A stretch of 64,000 nt of DNA from an uncultured Acidobacteriaceae bacterium (GCA_963796015.1 CAWCJR010000002.1:21657-85656); one strand, 5' to 3'. Shown: positions 20,213 through 30,788, numbered from the stretch's first letter. Made by a program: numbers and translations. The notes: generated by a model not told the origin, from the sequence alone.

Positions 20213-23087
20213 ATGCGACGGATAAAGAATCTATTTGGCCGACCATCCCTTCTCTGGCAACTGATCTTCCTTTTCCTGTCCGCTGTCTATCTTTTTGCCT
20301 TCCCACAGCCAAACCTTATCTATCCGATTTTTGTTTTTCTTCACACAATTGTCGGAGTCATTGCAACCGTCATCCTGTTGGCGCTCCTGGCTCGGTTGCT
20401 TCGCGATGCCAGTTGGATCTTGCGCATCGGTTGGCTGCTCCTCCTCGGAGGTGGAATCTTGGGTTGCGTGCTGATTTACACCGGCACGGTCCATTCTGAA
20501 TTCCGTCTTTTATATACCCATATCATTTTGTGCGTTGCCGGAATTGGCATTGTGTTTGCCGAGTGGGCGGGCAAACGCGGCTGGATGGGATCGGGCGCGG
20601 CTTCGTCTTTCGCGCGGATAGGCGTCTGCTTTATTTTGCTCGCGGGACTCGGCTATGGCTCGTGGTACTTCCGCCATGCTCGCTGGCTGAATAGTGCGAG
20701 AATCGAAAATCCCGACGATTCCCCCGCCAGCATGGACGGTGAAGGCGACGGTCCAAACGGTGCTTTCTTCCCCAGCTCGGCGCAGGTTTACGGCAACGAG
20801 AAGATTCCCAGCAAATTCTTCATGGAGTCCGATTCGTGCAAGCGCTGCCATCAGGATATCTACAACGAATGGAATAGCTCCGCGCATCACTTTTCTTCGT
20901 TCAACAATCAGTGGTACCGCAAGAGTATCGAGTACATGCAGGATACGATCGGCACCAAGCCCTCCAAATGGTGCGGCGGTTGCCACGATCCCGCCGTGCT
21001 TTACGCGGGTAAAATGGATACGCCCATCAAGCAGATTCGTGCATCGTCCCGAAGCGCAGGCCGGCATGGGCTGCATGATGTGTCACTCGATTGCGCGACG
21101 TAAAGAGCACGATGGGCCAGGCCGATTTCTATCCTGGAATATCCCAAATTGCACGAACTGGCGGCCAGCAAGAATCCCGTTCGTTCGCACGATGCACGAT
21201 TTTCTTGTCTACCTGAATCCGGAGCCGCACCGCCGCGTTTTTCTGAAGCCATTCATGCGCAATCAGACGGCGGAGTTCTGCTCCGCTTGCCACAAAGTTC
21301 ATCTCGATGTTCCGGTCAACGATTATCGCTGGTTCCGCGGCTTCAACGAATACGACAACTGGCAGGCCAGCGGAGTTTCCGGACAGGGCGCGCGGTCGTT
21401 TTATTATCCGCCAAAGCCGCAGCAGTGCGCCGATTGCCACATGCCCGCTGACGCAAATCCGCACGACCAGGGCAATGTCAACGGCTTCGTGCATTCGCAC
21501 CGCTTCCCGGCGCGAACACCGCCGTGCCAACCGCGAACGATGACATGGTGCAGTTGAAGACTGACGAAGACTTCCTGAAGAGCTGGCGCTTTGACCGTGG
21601 ATATTTTTGCGCTCTCGCCCGAGCAGACGCCGGCTCAAGATCTGGCGCAGCCAACCAGAGCGACACTATCCACGACATTTCGCCGTGGGCGAAGAAGCGG
21701 AAACCAAGATTAACTTCCGCGACCGCAGGCGAGAGGTTGCTCCGGTAACCGCGCCGCTAAACCGCGTCCATGCCGTCGTTGCGCCGTGGCGATACGGTTC
21801 GCGTAGATGTCGTCGTTCGCACCAAGACAGTCGGCCACTTTTTCCCCGGCGGCACTGTGGATGCATACGACACTTGGCTCGAACTGAAAGCCACCGACGA
21901 CAAAGGCCAAACAATTTTCTGGAGCGGCATGGTTGAAGATAACGGTAACGGCCCAGTCGAGAACGGCGCCCACTTTTATCGCTCGCTGCAAATCGACGAG
22001 CATGGCAATCCTATCAACAAGCGCAATGCATGGGCTACGCGTTCCGTTGTTTACGTGCGTCTGATTCCTCCGGGAGCCGCGGACACTGTGCACTACCGCT
22101 CCACATTCCGGAAAACGCGGGAAACAAAATCATCCTGCACTCCCGCCTCTGCTATCGAAAGTTTTCCTGGTGGAACACGCAATTTGCCTTTGCTGGAGTT
22201 CCGGGTCCAGGACGATGTCGAACGCACAAATTATCGATGATCGTCCTGTTACGTTTCACGGATCGCTCAAAGGGGTATCTGCGCAAGACGAGAAGATTCC
22301 CGATCTTCCCGTCGTGACCATCGCGGAAAACGAAGTCACGCTTGACGTCGAAGCGCCACAGCGCTCCGAAGCCAGCAGTCCAAGATTGATCTGCAAGCAA
22401 AGAGATTGGCAGCGCTGGAACGACTACGGCATCGGCCTGTTCTTGCAGGGAGACTTAAAAGGCGCGCAAGCCGCCTTCCAGAAAGTAACTGAAATCGCTC
22501 CCAATAATCCTGAAGGCTGGGTGAACATTGGCCGCTGTGCGGTGCAGGAAGGCGACATGGATCAGGCGCGAACAGTGCTGACGAAAGCGCTCTCCATCAA
22601 TCCAAAACTGCGCGAAGACACATTATTTTTATGCGCGAGTGCTGCGTAGCGACGGCAATTACGAGGGCTCCGCCCAGCAATTGCAAATGGTGTTAGCGCA
22701 GTATCCGCGCGATCGCGTGGCGCTCAATGATCTGGGTCGCATTTTTTTCCTGCAACGCAAATACGCAGAAGCGGTGCAGGTCTTGCAATTCAGTTCTGGC
22801 AATTGATCCGGAGGACCTGCAGGCGCACTATACATTGATGCTCTGCTATCGCGGAATAGGTGACGAGAAACAAGCGCAGGAACACGAGAAACGCTACCTC
22901 CGTTTTAAGGCTCAGGAGTCCGCGCAAGCCATCACCGGCCCCTATCGCGAAAAGCATCCCGACGACAACAACGAACGCCAGGCGATACACGAACATGTTT
23001 TCCGTGCCATTGCCGGCACTGCAAACCACGAAAATTACTGCTCGTCGTCTCACTGCCCACAATCCAATTCCAGGCGGCGCCCAATAA
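20213..23087 (+). pseudogene. membrane-anchored pentaheme c-type cytochrome fused to TPR repeats; about 13 frame disruptions
   Basis: About 5 N-terminal TM helices. Five CXXCH motifs (CKRCH, CGGCH, CMMCH, CSACH, CADCH). C-terminal TPR (WNDYGIGLFLQGDLKGAQAAFQKV...). The protein-like reading hops frames at ~21038, 21096, 21133, 21182, 21508, 21580, 21680, 21780, 22095, 22215, 22612, 22790 and 22997. One example is CHSIA|DVKSTMGQADFY|LEYPKLHELAASKNPV|VRTMHDFLVYLNPEPHRR. Confidence 0.75.
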
Positions 23088-23090
23088 TCA

Positions 23091-24825
23091 ATGAACAAAA
23101 CTTCGCTTCATTGATTCGTCACAATATTCCTCGTCACAATATTTTGTTTTGTAGCCTGCGCCCAGGCGCAGCGCATCCAGTTCCGGGACATCACTGCCGA
23201 AGCTGGAATCCACTTCAAGCACAATAACGGTGCGTTCGGGAAAAAGTACTTACCCGAAACCCTGGGCCCCGGTTGTGCGTTCATTGATTACGATGGCGAC
23301 GGCTGGCAGGACATCGTGCTCATCAACGGAGAAAACTGGCCCGGCCACCCCGGTCCGGCATCCACCCTGAAGCTCTATCACAACAATCACGACGGCACTT
23401 TTACAGATGTGACTCACAAAGCCGGGCTCGACGTTCCCATGTTCGGTTTGGGCGTCGCAGTAGGTGATTACGATAACGACGGCCACGACGATCTTTTCGT
23501 CACTGCCTGGGGCAGAGCCATCTCTTCCATAACAACGGAAACGGCACATTCACCGACGTCACCAAGGCTGCCGGACTTTGGGGCCATAACGAATTCTCCA
23601 CCAGCGCCGCCTGGGTGGATTACGACCGCGATGGCAAGCTCGATCTTGTCGTCGCCAATTACGTGCAGTGGTCCATAGCGGGAGACCTGTTTTGCACCCT
23701 CGATGGCACTCACAAGTCTTATTGCACGCCTGAGTCATACAAAGGAACAGCTGTGCGGCTTTGGCACAATTTAGGCAATGGAAAGTTTGAAGACGCCACG
23801 CAGAAGGCTGGACTCTACGATTCAACATCGAAAAGCCTGGGCATTGCGATTCTTGACTACAACGGCGATGGCTGGCCTGACATTCTGATCAGCAACGATA
23901 CGCAGCCAAACAAACTTTATTTAAATAAAAAGAATGGAACGTTTGAAGAGGAGGGCGTCGCCGCAGGAGTCGCCTTCAGCGAAGACGGCATAGCCCGCGC
24001 CGGCATGGGCACGGATGCCGCAGACTACGACCGCTCCGGCAAGCCCAGCATGATTATCACGAACTTCGCCAATCAGATGCTTTCGCTCTATCACAACGAA
24101 GGCAACGGCCTTTTCGTGGACGAGGCTCCCACCTCTGAAGTCGGTCGCGCAAGCCTCATCACGCTGGGATTCGGTTGCTTCTTCTTCGACTATGACAATG
24201 ACGGCTGGCCCGATATTTTCGTTGCGGATGGCCACATCGAGAGATCATGTCGAGCGCGTGCAGAAGCGAGTGAGCTATGCCGAGCCGCCACATCTTGTTC
24301 CGGAATTTAGGCGGCGGCAAGTTTCAGGAAGTCACTACTTCACTAGGTGAGGTCTTTGCCTCTCCCAAAGTGGCGCGTGGTGCCGCCTATGCTGATATTG
24401 ACAATGACGGCGCGCTCGACGTGCTGGTAACCACCAACGGCGGCCGTGCCTATCTCTTCCACAACGAAGGCACGACTGGGCACAGCCTGCGAATTAAGTT
24501 GCAAGGAGTGCAATCCAACCGCGATGGCATCGGCGCAGTGGTGCGCCTGGCTTCCGGCAAAGATAAGCAATGGAAGATGATGCGTAGCGGATCGAGCTAT
24601 CTGTCCCAGAGCGAGCTTGTGTTGACCTTCGGCCTAGGCTCCGCGACCAGAGCCGACGCGTTGGAAGTGGAGTGGCCCAGCGGGCCGGTAGAAAAACTCA
24701 AAGGCATCAACGCCGGACAGACCGTGACGATTGAGGAGGGCAAGGGAGTCGTGAGCTCCCAGCCCTACAGCAAAGGCTGGATCTCCAACACCAAGAGGAC
24801 GCTGGTAAAGCAGGCTCGACAGTAA
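23091..24825 (+). pseudogene. CRTAC1/ASPIC-UnbV family protein (FG-GAP/VCBS repeats); in-frame TGA plus three frame disruptions
   Basis: ATG lies 3 nt after the upstream stop. The signal peptide reads MNKTSLH*FVTIFLVTIFCFVACAQA, with an in-frame TGA at 23112..23114. Repeated D.D.DG..D motifs (IDYDGDGWQD, GDYDNDGHDD, VDYDRDGKLD, LDYNGDGWPD, FDYDNDGWPD, ADIDNDGALD). The C-terminal SNRDGIGAVVRL...RSGSSYLSQSE is an UnbV_ASPIC domain. Frame joins lie at ~23518, ~24243 and ~24297. Confidence 0.8.
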
Positions 24826-24833
24826 ATCAATTG

Positions 24834-27041
24834 CTACGTGAGAAGCTTGTCCGGGGTAATCGGTGCTTCGCGAATTCGTTTCCCCGTCGCGTGGAAAACC
24901 GCGTTAGCCACCGCCCCCCCCGCTCCCGTGATTCCAATTTCGCCAATCCCGCGTGCGCCCAATGGATTGAAATTCATATCCGGCATATCAATCACTGAAA
25001 CATCAATGTCAGGAATGTCCGCATTCACCGGTACGTGATACTCGGCAAGGTTCGCATTCACGATGCGACCCACATGCGGATCAACGTGTACCTCCTCGAA
25101 CAGCGCGAGGCTGATGCCCCACACAATTCCGCCGATAAATTGGCTGGATCCGGTTTTCTTGTTCAGTAACTTTCCCACGTCGTAAACGCCTACCACCCGC
25201 CGCACCCGCACCGTGCCCAATTGCGGATCAACCGACACTTCGGCAAATACGGCGCCGAAGGAGTGCGCTGAAAACCTTTCTGCATCCTGCTCTGGCTGGG
25301 CTTCTCCGGTGGCTTCAACCGGCTTGCTTCCCTGTCGCGCCAAAATTGCCGTGAAAGTTTCTGAGTTGCCGGGAGACGACTTGCGAAAAACCTTGCCATC
25401 TTTGAAATCGAGTTCTTCAGCAGTCGCACCATGGACCGGAGATTGCGAATCACTCGCCGCCATCGTCAATATTTTCAGCCGTGCCTGCGTCGCTGCCGCC
25501 TTCACCGCGGGAGTTACGCTGGCAGCGCTCATCGAACCGCCCGAGACCGGAGCCTTGGGCAGCGTCGTGTCGCCAAGCTTCACATCAATCAGATCGGTAG
25601 AGATCCCCAGCGTATCCGCAGCCACCTGGCTCATGATGGTGTATGTTCCGGTGCCCAGATCCTGGGTACCGGACGCAACTAGAACTCGGCCGTTGGGCAG
25701 AAATCTCACGAGCGCCGACGCCGCCATACGGTTGCCGGGATAGGTTGCAGTAGCCATTCCCCATCCAATCAGCAATTCTCCATCCTTCATGGATCTCGGT
25801 TCGTGGTTTCGCTTCGACCATCCAAATTTTTCTGCGCCTTGCGTGTAACACTCGCGCAGATGCTTTCCGGTAAATGGTTTCTTCGACTGCGGGTCTTCTT
25901 CGGCGTAATTCAGTAGACGAAGTTGCAGCGGATCCATGTTCAGCTTGTACGCCAATTCGTCCATCGCACTCTCGAGCGCGAAGGTTCCAGTCGCCTCCCC
26001 GGGGGCGCGTTGGAACGTTGGCACACCCAGATTCAGCGGGACCAAACGGTGCGAGGTCGTCAAGTTTGGACACGCATATAACATTCGCGTCTGCACCGCC
26101 GACGGTTCCAGAAAATCTTCCATCACCGATGTATGGCAGTGAACGTCGTGACGCACAGACGTTAACTTTCCATCCCGCGTAGCTCCTAAAACGATGTGCT
26201 GATACGTCAGCGGACGGGCCCCGACCGGGCCAAACATTTGCGGGCGTTCCAACGCAATCTTCACCGGACGGTTAATTTGCTTCGCCGCCATTGCCGCCAA
26301 AACTACGTGCGACCACATGGACCCCTTGCAACCGAAGCCGCCGCCCACGAAAGGACAAATCACGCGAATATTATCGTCGGGAATCCCCAGCGTTTTTGCC
26401 ATTGACGATTTCACGCCGCTGACATATTGCGTGGCGTCATACAGCGTCAAATGATCCCCATCCCATGTCGCGATGGTCGCGTGCGGCTCCATAGGGTTGT
26501 GCGCCTGGATAGGAGTCGTATAAATTTCATCAACTTTTACCTCCGCCTGAGCCAGCCCGGCATCAACATCCCCACGCCCCTCATCCGCCGGATCTTTGCC
26601 GTGATGCCCGGGATGCGAAGCATTCATCTCCGCGATGAAATCCAGTTTCGGCGGCGTCGGCTGATAGTGCACCGCAATCAGAGACTTCGCATAAAGCGCA
26701 GCATTCAGGCTCTCGGCGACTACGAGCGCAATTGGCTGGCCGTTGTAATGAACTTCATCATCTTGCAATAAAGAAAGAGTACGGCCGGCGGGCGGATGAA
26801 TTCCCGCTTTCCCGCCTTGCGGCAACTTCGGAGCGTTGGAAGAAGTGAGGATCGCGATCACTCCCGCAACCTTTTGTGCGCGAGCGGTATCCATGCTCAC
26901 GATCTTCCCGCTCGGGATCGTACTGCGAAGCATTACTGCATGGCCCACATTCGGAATCTGAAATTCGGCCGAATACTTGGCCGCGCCGGTAACTTTCAAT
27001 TTCCCGTCAACACGAGTGAGTGGGGCTCCGATGACGCTCAT
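24834..27041 (-). CDS. xanthine dehydrogenase-family molybdopterin-binding subunit (PaoC/YagR-like)
   Basis: 735 aa. Shows the aldehyde oxidase/xanthine dehydrogenase a/b hammerhead and MoCo-binding domain pattern (GGGFGCKG, TGTYT). Its start overlaps the stop of the upstream gene by 4 nt. Confidence 0.9.
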   Translation of the reverse strand: MSVIGAPLTRVDGKLKVTGAAKYSAEFQIPNVGHAVMLRSTIPSGKIVSMDTARAQKVAGVIAILTSSNAPKLPQGGKAGIHPPAGRTLSLLQDDEVHYNGQPIALVVAESLNAALYAKSLIAVHYQPTPPKLDFIAEMNASHPGHHGKDPADEGRGDVDAGLAQAEVKVDEIYTTPIQAHNPMEPHATIATWDGDHLTLYDATQYVSGVKSSMAKTLGIPDDNIRVICPFVGGGFGCKGSMWSHVVLAAMAAKQINRPVKIALERPQMFGPVGARPLTYQHIVLGATRDGKLTSVRHDVHCHTSVMEDFLEPSAVQTRMLYACPNLTTSHRLVPLNLGVPTFQRAPGEATGTFALESAMDELAYKLNMDPLQLRLLNYAEEDPQSKKPFTGKHLRECYTQGAEKFGWSKRNHEPRSMKDGELLIGWGMATATYPGNRMAASALVRFLPNGRVLVASGTQDLGTGTYTIMSQVAADTLGISTDLIDVKLGDTTLPKAPVSGGSMSAASVTPAVKAAATQARLKILTMAASDSQSPVHGATAEELDFKDGKVFRKSSPGNSETFTAILARQGSKPVEATGEAQPEQDAERFSAHSFGAVFAEVSVDPQLGTVRVRRVVGVYDVGKLLNKKTGSSQFIGGIVWGISLALFEEVHVDPHVGRIVNANLAEYHVPVNADIPDIDVSVIDMPDMNFNPLGARGIGEIGITGAGGAVANAVFHATGKRIREAPITPDKLLT

Positions 27042-28027
27042 GCTCTACCTCCCGCAACCGTGAGAGCGCGAACGATGCTGCGTTTCGCCATCTCAACTTT
27101 GAACGCGTTGTTCTTATAGGTCTTCGCTCCCTGAATTGCCCGGTCGGCGGCGGTGGCAAATGCCTCGGTGCCCATCTTCTGCCCCGTCAGTAAAGCCTCC
27201 GCTTCTTCGGCTCGCCAAGGCTTATGGGCCACCCCGCCAAGCGCAATCCGTGCACCGCGAATCGTATCTCCATCCAAGTCGAGTGCGGCCGCCACCGAGA
27301 CCAGTGCGAACGCATAGCTGGCGCGGTCACGCATCTTCAAATAATGCGAATGACTTGCGTAGGGCGACGCTGGAAGATCAATTGAAAGAATTAATTCGTT
27401 GGGACGCAGATTTGTATCCATTTGAGGCGTGGTTCCCGGCAGCCGGTGAAAATCTTTCATCGCGATTGTGCGTTCACCTTTCGGACCCAGAACCCGGACT
27501 TGCGCCTCCAGCGCCGTGAGGGCCACGCACATGTCAGAAGGATGCGTCGCAATGCATTGGTCGCTCGCGCCAAGAATTGCATGGATGCGGTTGAATCCGT
27601 CAATCGCGCCGCATCCACTACCCGGCATCCGTTTATTGCATTGAGAGAAACCGGTGTCCATGAAGTAATAGCATCGTGTCCGCTGTAGAAGGTTCCCTCC
27701 GTTCGTTGCCATGTTTCTCAGCTGCGGTGAAGCGCCGGCAAGAATCGCCTGCGACAGCAAGGGATAATTCTTCCGAACCAGTGGATGATCGGCGGTATCG
27801 CTATTTCGCGCCAGAGCGCCGAGTCGCAAACCGCCGCCCGGCAATGCCGCGATTTGGCTTAGCGGAAGATGATTGATGTCAATCAGCCGGACCGGCTGTT
27901 CCACTCCCAATTTCATCAGGTCAATGAGATTGGTTCCGCCCGCCAGAAATTTATTCTCTTTCGAGGGCGCGATCGCGTTGACCGCGTTCTGCGATTGATC
28001 CACCCGCTGGTATTCAAACGGATTCAT
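27038..28027 (-). CDS. FAD-binding subunit of the molybdo-oxidoreductase (PaoB/YagS-like)
   Basis: 329 aa. Carries the FAD_binding_5/CO dehydrogenase flavoprotein pattern (AGGTNLIDLMK, NMATNGGNL). Confidence 0.85.
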   Translation of the reverse strand: MNPFEYQRVDQSQNAVNAIAPSKENKFLAGGTNLIDLMKLGVEQPVRLIDINHLPLSQIAALPGGGLRLGALARNSDTADHPLVRKNYPLLSQAILAGASPQLRNMATNGGNLLQRTRCYYFMDTGFSQCNKRMPGSGCGAIDGFNRIHAILGASDQCIATHPSDMCVALTALEAQVRVLGPKGERTIAMKDFHRLPGTTPQMDTNLRPNELILSIDLPASPYASHSHYLKMRDRASYAFALVSVAAALDLDGDTIRGARIALGGVAHKPWRAEEAEALLTGQKMGTEAFATAADRAIQGAKTYKNNAFKVEMAKRSIVRALTVAGGRA

Positions 28028-28055
28028 GTTTTTACTCCCTGACTGATCTTTACCT

Positions 28056-28817
28056 TTAACTCTGGCGATACGCCATCTGTACCGCCTGAATAATTCCTGG
28101 GTAAGCGCCGCAACGGCACATGTTTCCGCTCATGCGCTCGCGGATTTCCTCCGGCGTGAGTTCGACCACTCCTTCTTTACTTAAATCCGCCGTAACCGCA
28201 CTCGCGCTTCCCTTCTTCCCTTCACTGAGCAGCCCCACTGCCGAACATATCTGCCCTGGAGTGCAGTAGCCGCATTGAAATCCGTCATGCTCCAGAAAAG
28301 CAGCCTGCACCGGATGTAATTCATCTCCCTTGGCCAATCCTTCAATCGTTGTAATTTCGTCGCCCTGATGTGCAACTGCCAATGCCAAACAGCTATTGAT
28401 TCGGCGTCCATTTACCAAAACCGTACAAGCTCCGCACTGCCCGTGATCGCACCCTTTCTTGGTCCCGGTCATGGCCAGATGTTCGCGCAGTGCGTCGAGC
28501 AAAGTCACACGCGGATCAAGCGAGAGCGCATGCTTCTCTCCATTGATGTTCAGCAGAACCGGCATGGCGTTGGCGAACGCATTCGCTTTAACCTCACCAG
28601 CAGCGCGTTTTGATAGAATCGGCATTCCCAGCACCATGCCTCCAGTCAGGACGCCGGCTGTCTTCGTAAAGTCGCGGCGGGTCAAATCCCATGAACATCT
28701 GGAGCCTGATGAATTCGCCTTCTCTATACTTGTAGGCTCAGCGTTAATAGGTTTCGCTTCATCAGTGTTCTTAGGTTTCCGCGGTTTATCTGACGGGATC
28801 ACATCACCCTCCTGCAA
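28056..28817 (-). CDS. (2Fe-2S)-binding small subunit with Tat signal (PaoA/YagT-like)
   Basis: Twin-arginine motif LTRRDFTKTAGVL. Two [2Fe-2S] cysteine clusters (CDHGQCGACTV and CGYCTPG...CRCG). Confidence 0.9.
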   Translation of the reverse strand: MQEGDVIPSDKPRKPKNTDEAKPINAEPTSIEKANSSGSRCSWDLTRRDFTKTAGVLTGGMVLGMPILSKRAAGEVKANAFANAMPVLLNINGEKHALSLDPRVTLLDALREHLAMTGTKKGCDHGQCGACTVLVNGRRINSCLALAVAHQGDEITTIEGLAKGDELHPVQAAFLEHDGFQCGYCTPGQICSAVGLLSEGKKGSASAVTADLSKEGVVELTPEEIRERMSGNMCRCGAYPGIIQAVQMAYRQS

Positions 28818-28984
28818 CCAGCATTTTCAAATGCAACATCTTTATACTCTTATCGCATCTTCTGAATGCACCTTCAGTGAGAATGACTATGATGGATAAG
28901 ACGATGTTCAGGATGTCCGATTAAAAAACAGTAGTTGAGGAAATTTGTCGAATCGTTGTAAGAAGCCGCATCCAATCGTGACTT

Positions 28985-30190
28985 ATGTCTGAGCTACGAA
29001 ATTTGTTGGAATTATGGAAATCCGCCCGCTCCGGGGGCGAGGAAATTATCCTGGTCACCGTGATTCGCGTCGAGGGGTCGTCCTATCGAAAGCCAGGGGC
29101 GCGAATGCTTCTGACGAAAAGCGGACAACGCAGCGGCATGATTAGCGGAGGATGCCTCGAGGCCGAGGTGAGCCGGAAAGCATGGTGGCTCACCGAGTCA
29201 GGACCGAGCGTGCAGAAGTACGGCACATTTTTTGATGAAGACAATCCTTCTCCCCAGGAATTGGGATGCGGAGGGACCGTTCATTTGCTCATGGAGCGCG
29301 GCGAAACCGCCGCAACTGCGTTGGAAGTTATTAACGAAAGCGCCGAGAATCGCGTTCCCTTTGCCGTGCTGACGGTTGTTAAGTCTGCTCATCCTCGGAT
29401 CGGCTTGGCCTCTCGATTCATTGTGCGCGACGGAAACGTGCGCGACGGAAACCAAACTTGCCGAGGCACGATTCCCCTTGATCGTGAAAGTTCTGAATGG
29501 AACCGGCTACTCGCGATTGCGGCCCAAACCCTCGAGCAACGCCACTCCGAATACATCTCCACCGAACTTGGAGGGTTTCCTCTTGAGTTATTCGCAGAAT
29601 ACATTTCCCCGCCGCCAGCCCTTTTCATTTTTGGCGCGGGAGACGACACGATTCCCGTCGTCGAATTCGCGCACGCCTTGGGTTGGCATATCAGTGTCGC
29701 CGATTTGCGCCCGCACGTTGCCACCAATGCTAGATTCCCTCACGCAGATCGAACAACGGTCTTAAAGACCCAAGCGGAAAGAAGTACCTACACAAACGTC
29801 GCGTCCGAAACGATTGATCTCGCCCCACTAAATCTTGGCCACGATGATGCGGCGGTTGTCATGACTCACAGCTACACGCAGGACCGCGCTTTATTACGCG
29901 AGCTCCTGCCCCTTGATCTTGCTTATCTGGGACTCCTCGGCCCACGCCTCCGAGCTTCCAGGCTGATTTGCGAAATCGCGGAAGAAGTGGGAATGACGGT
30001 AGCCGAGTGCAAGAGCAGGCTGCATTCCCCCGTCGGACTCAATCTCGGCGCCCATGGACCATCTGGGATTGCGCTTTCAATTGTCGCCGAGGTGCAGGCG
30101 GCATTCCATGCTGATTCCGGCCTTCGCCTTCGCGGAATTGCTAGTTCCCGCCCTGTCCCTTTCTCAGTCGCTGACAAAATCCATGCCTGA
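28985..30190 (+). CDS. XdhC/CoxI-family molybdoenzyme maturation protein
   Basis: 401 aa. XdhC_CoxI N-domain (ILVTVIRVEGSSYRKPGARML...GMISGGCLE) and a Rossmann-like C-domain (ALFIFGAGDD). Divergent from the oxidoreductase operon. Confidence 0.85.
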   Translation: MSELRNLLELWKSARSGGEEIILVTVIRVEGSSYRKPGARMLLTKSGQRSGMISGGCLEAEVSRKAWWLTESGPSVQKYGTFFDEDNPSPQELGCGGTVHLLMERGETAATALEVINESAENRVPFAVLTVVKSAHPRIGLASRFIVRDGNVRDGNQTCRGTIPLDRESSEWNRLLAIAAQTLEQRHSEYISTELGGFPLELFAEYISPPPALFIFGAGDDTIPVVEFAHALGWHISVADLRPHVATNARFPHADRTTVLKTQAERSTYTNVASETIDLAPLNLGHDDAAVVMTHSYTQDRALLRELLPLDLAYLGLLGPRLRASRLICEIAEEVGMTVAECKSRLHSPVGLNLGAHGPSGIALSIVAEVQAAFHADSGLRLRGIASSRPVPFSVADKIHA

Positions 30191-30788
30191 TGCCTCCTGC
30201 GCTGCAATCGTCCTCGCGGCAGGCCCCTCCTCCCGTCTCGGACAGCCTAAGCAACTCCTTACGGTTGACGGCGAATCGCTGCTGCGGCGGACATCTCGCC
30301 TGGCGCTAGAGGCAGGATTCTCTCCAGTTGTAGTTGTGCTCGGATCAGAGGCTCCCAAGTTTGAGCCAGAATTGCGCAACCTTAATGTTCAGACCGTGCT
30401 GAATCCTACATGGCAAGATGGAATGGCATCATCCCTGAAGTCCGGCCTCACCGCGATCGAGGCCCTCAACCCCATCACCGCTGATTTATTAGTCCTCGTC
30501 TGCGATCAACCCAAGCTAAGTCAAACAATTCTGCAAGCCTTGCTCGACAAACACCAATCCAGCAAGGCGCAAATCACAGCGTCGAGTTACGCAGGCACCA
30601 GAGGAGTTCCCGCCATCTTTTCGCAGACCATCTTTCGCGAGCTTGCAGATTTGCGCGGGGATCAAGGCGCGCGCCGAATCATAGCCCGCGATCCACAAAG
30701 GGTCGAAACCGTTGATTTTCCGGGCGGTGCCGACGACATTGATACCGAGCGTGACCTCCATCGCGCCGGGATCACGGCGAAGGACTGA
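30183..30788 (+). CDS. mocA: molybdenum cofactor cytidylyltransferase (MobA-like NTP transferase)
   Basis: AAIVLAAGPSSRLGQPKQLL is the MobA/MocA glycine-rich NTP loop. Its ATG overlaps the xdhC stop (ATGCCTGA). Confidence 0.75.
   Translation: MPDASCAAIVLAAGPSSRLGQPKQLLTVDGESLLRRTSRLALEAGFSPVVVVLGSEAPKFEPELRNLNVQTVLNPTWQDGMASSLKSGLTAIEALNPITADLLVLVCDQPKLSQTILQALLDKHQSSKAQITASSYAGTRGVPAIFSQTIFRELADLRGDQGARRIIARDPQRVETVDFPGGADDIDTERDLHRAGITAKD

Noticed and set aside
23112-23114. Selenocysteine recoding of the in-frame TGA
   Set aside because: The codon sits inside a hydrophobic signal peptide, where Sec has no rationale. I see no obvious stem-loop immediately downstream. A nonsense substitution is the simpler explanation.
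28818-28984. Molybdenum-cofactor riboswitch upstream of the pao-type operon or xdhC
   Set aside because: The spacer is AT-rich and lacks the GC-rich conserved helices and loops expected for a Moco RNA motif. It is more likely just a divergent promoter region.
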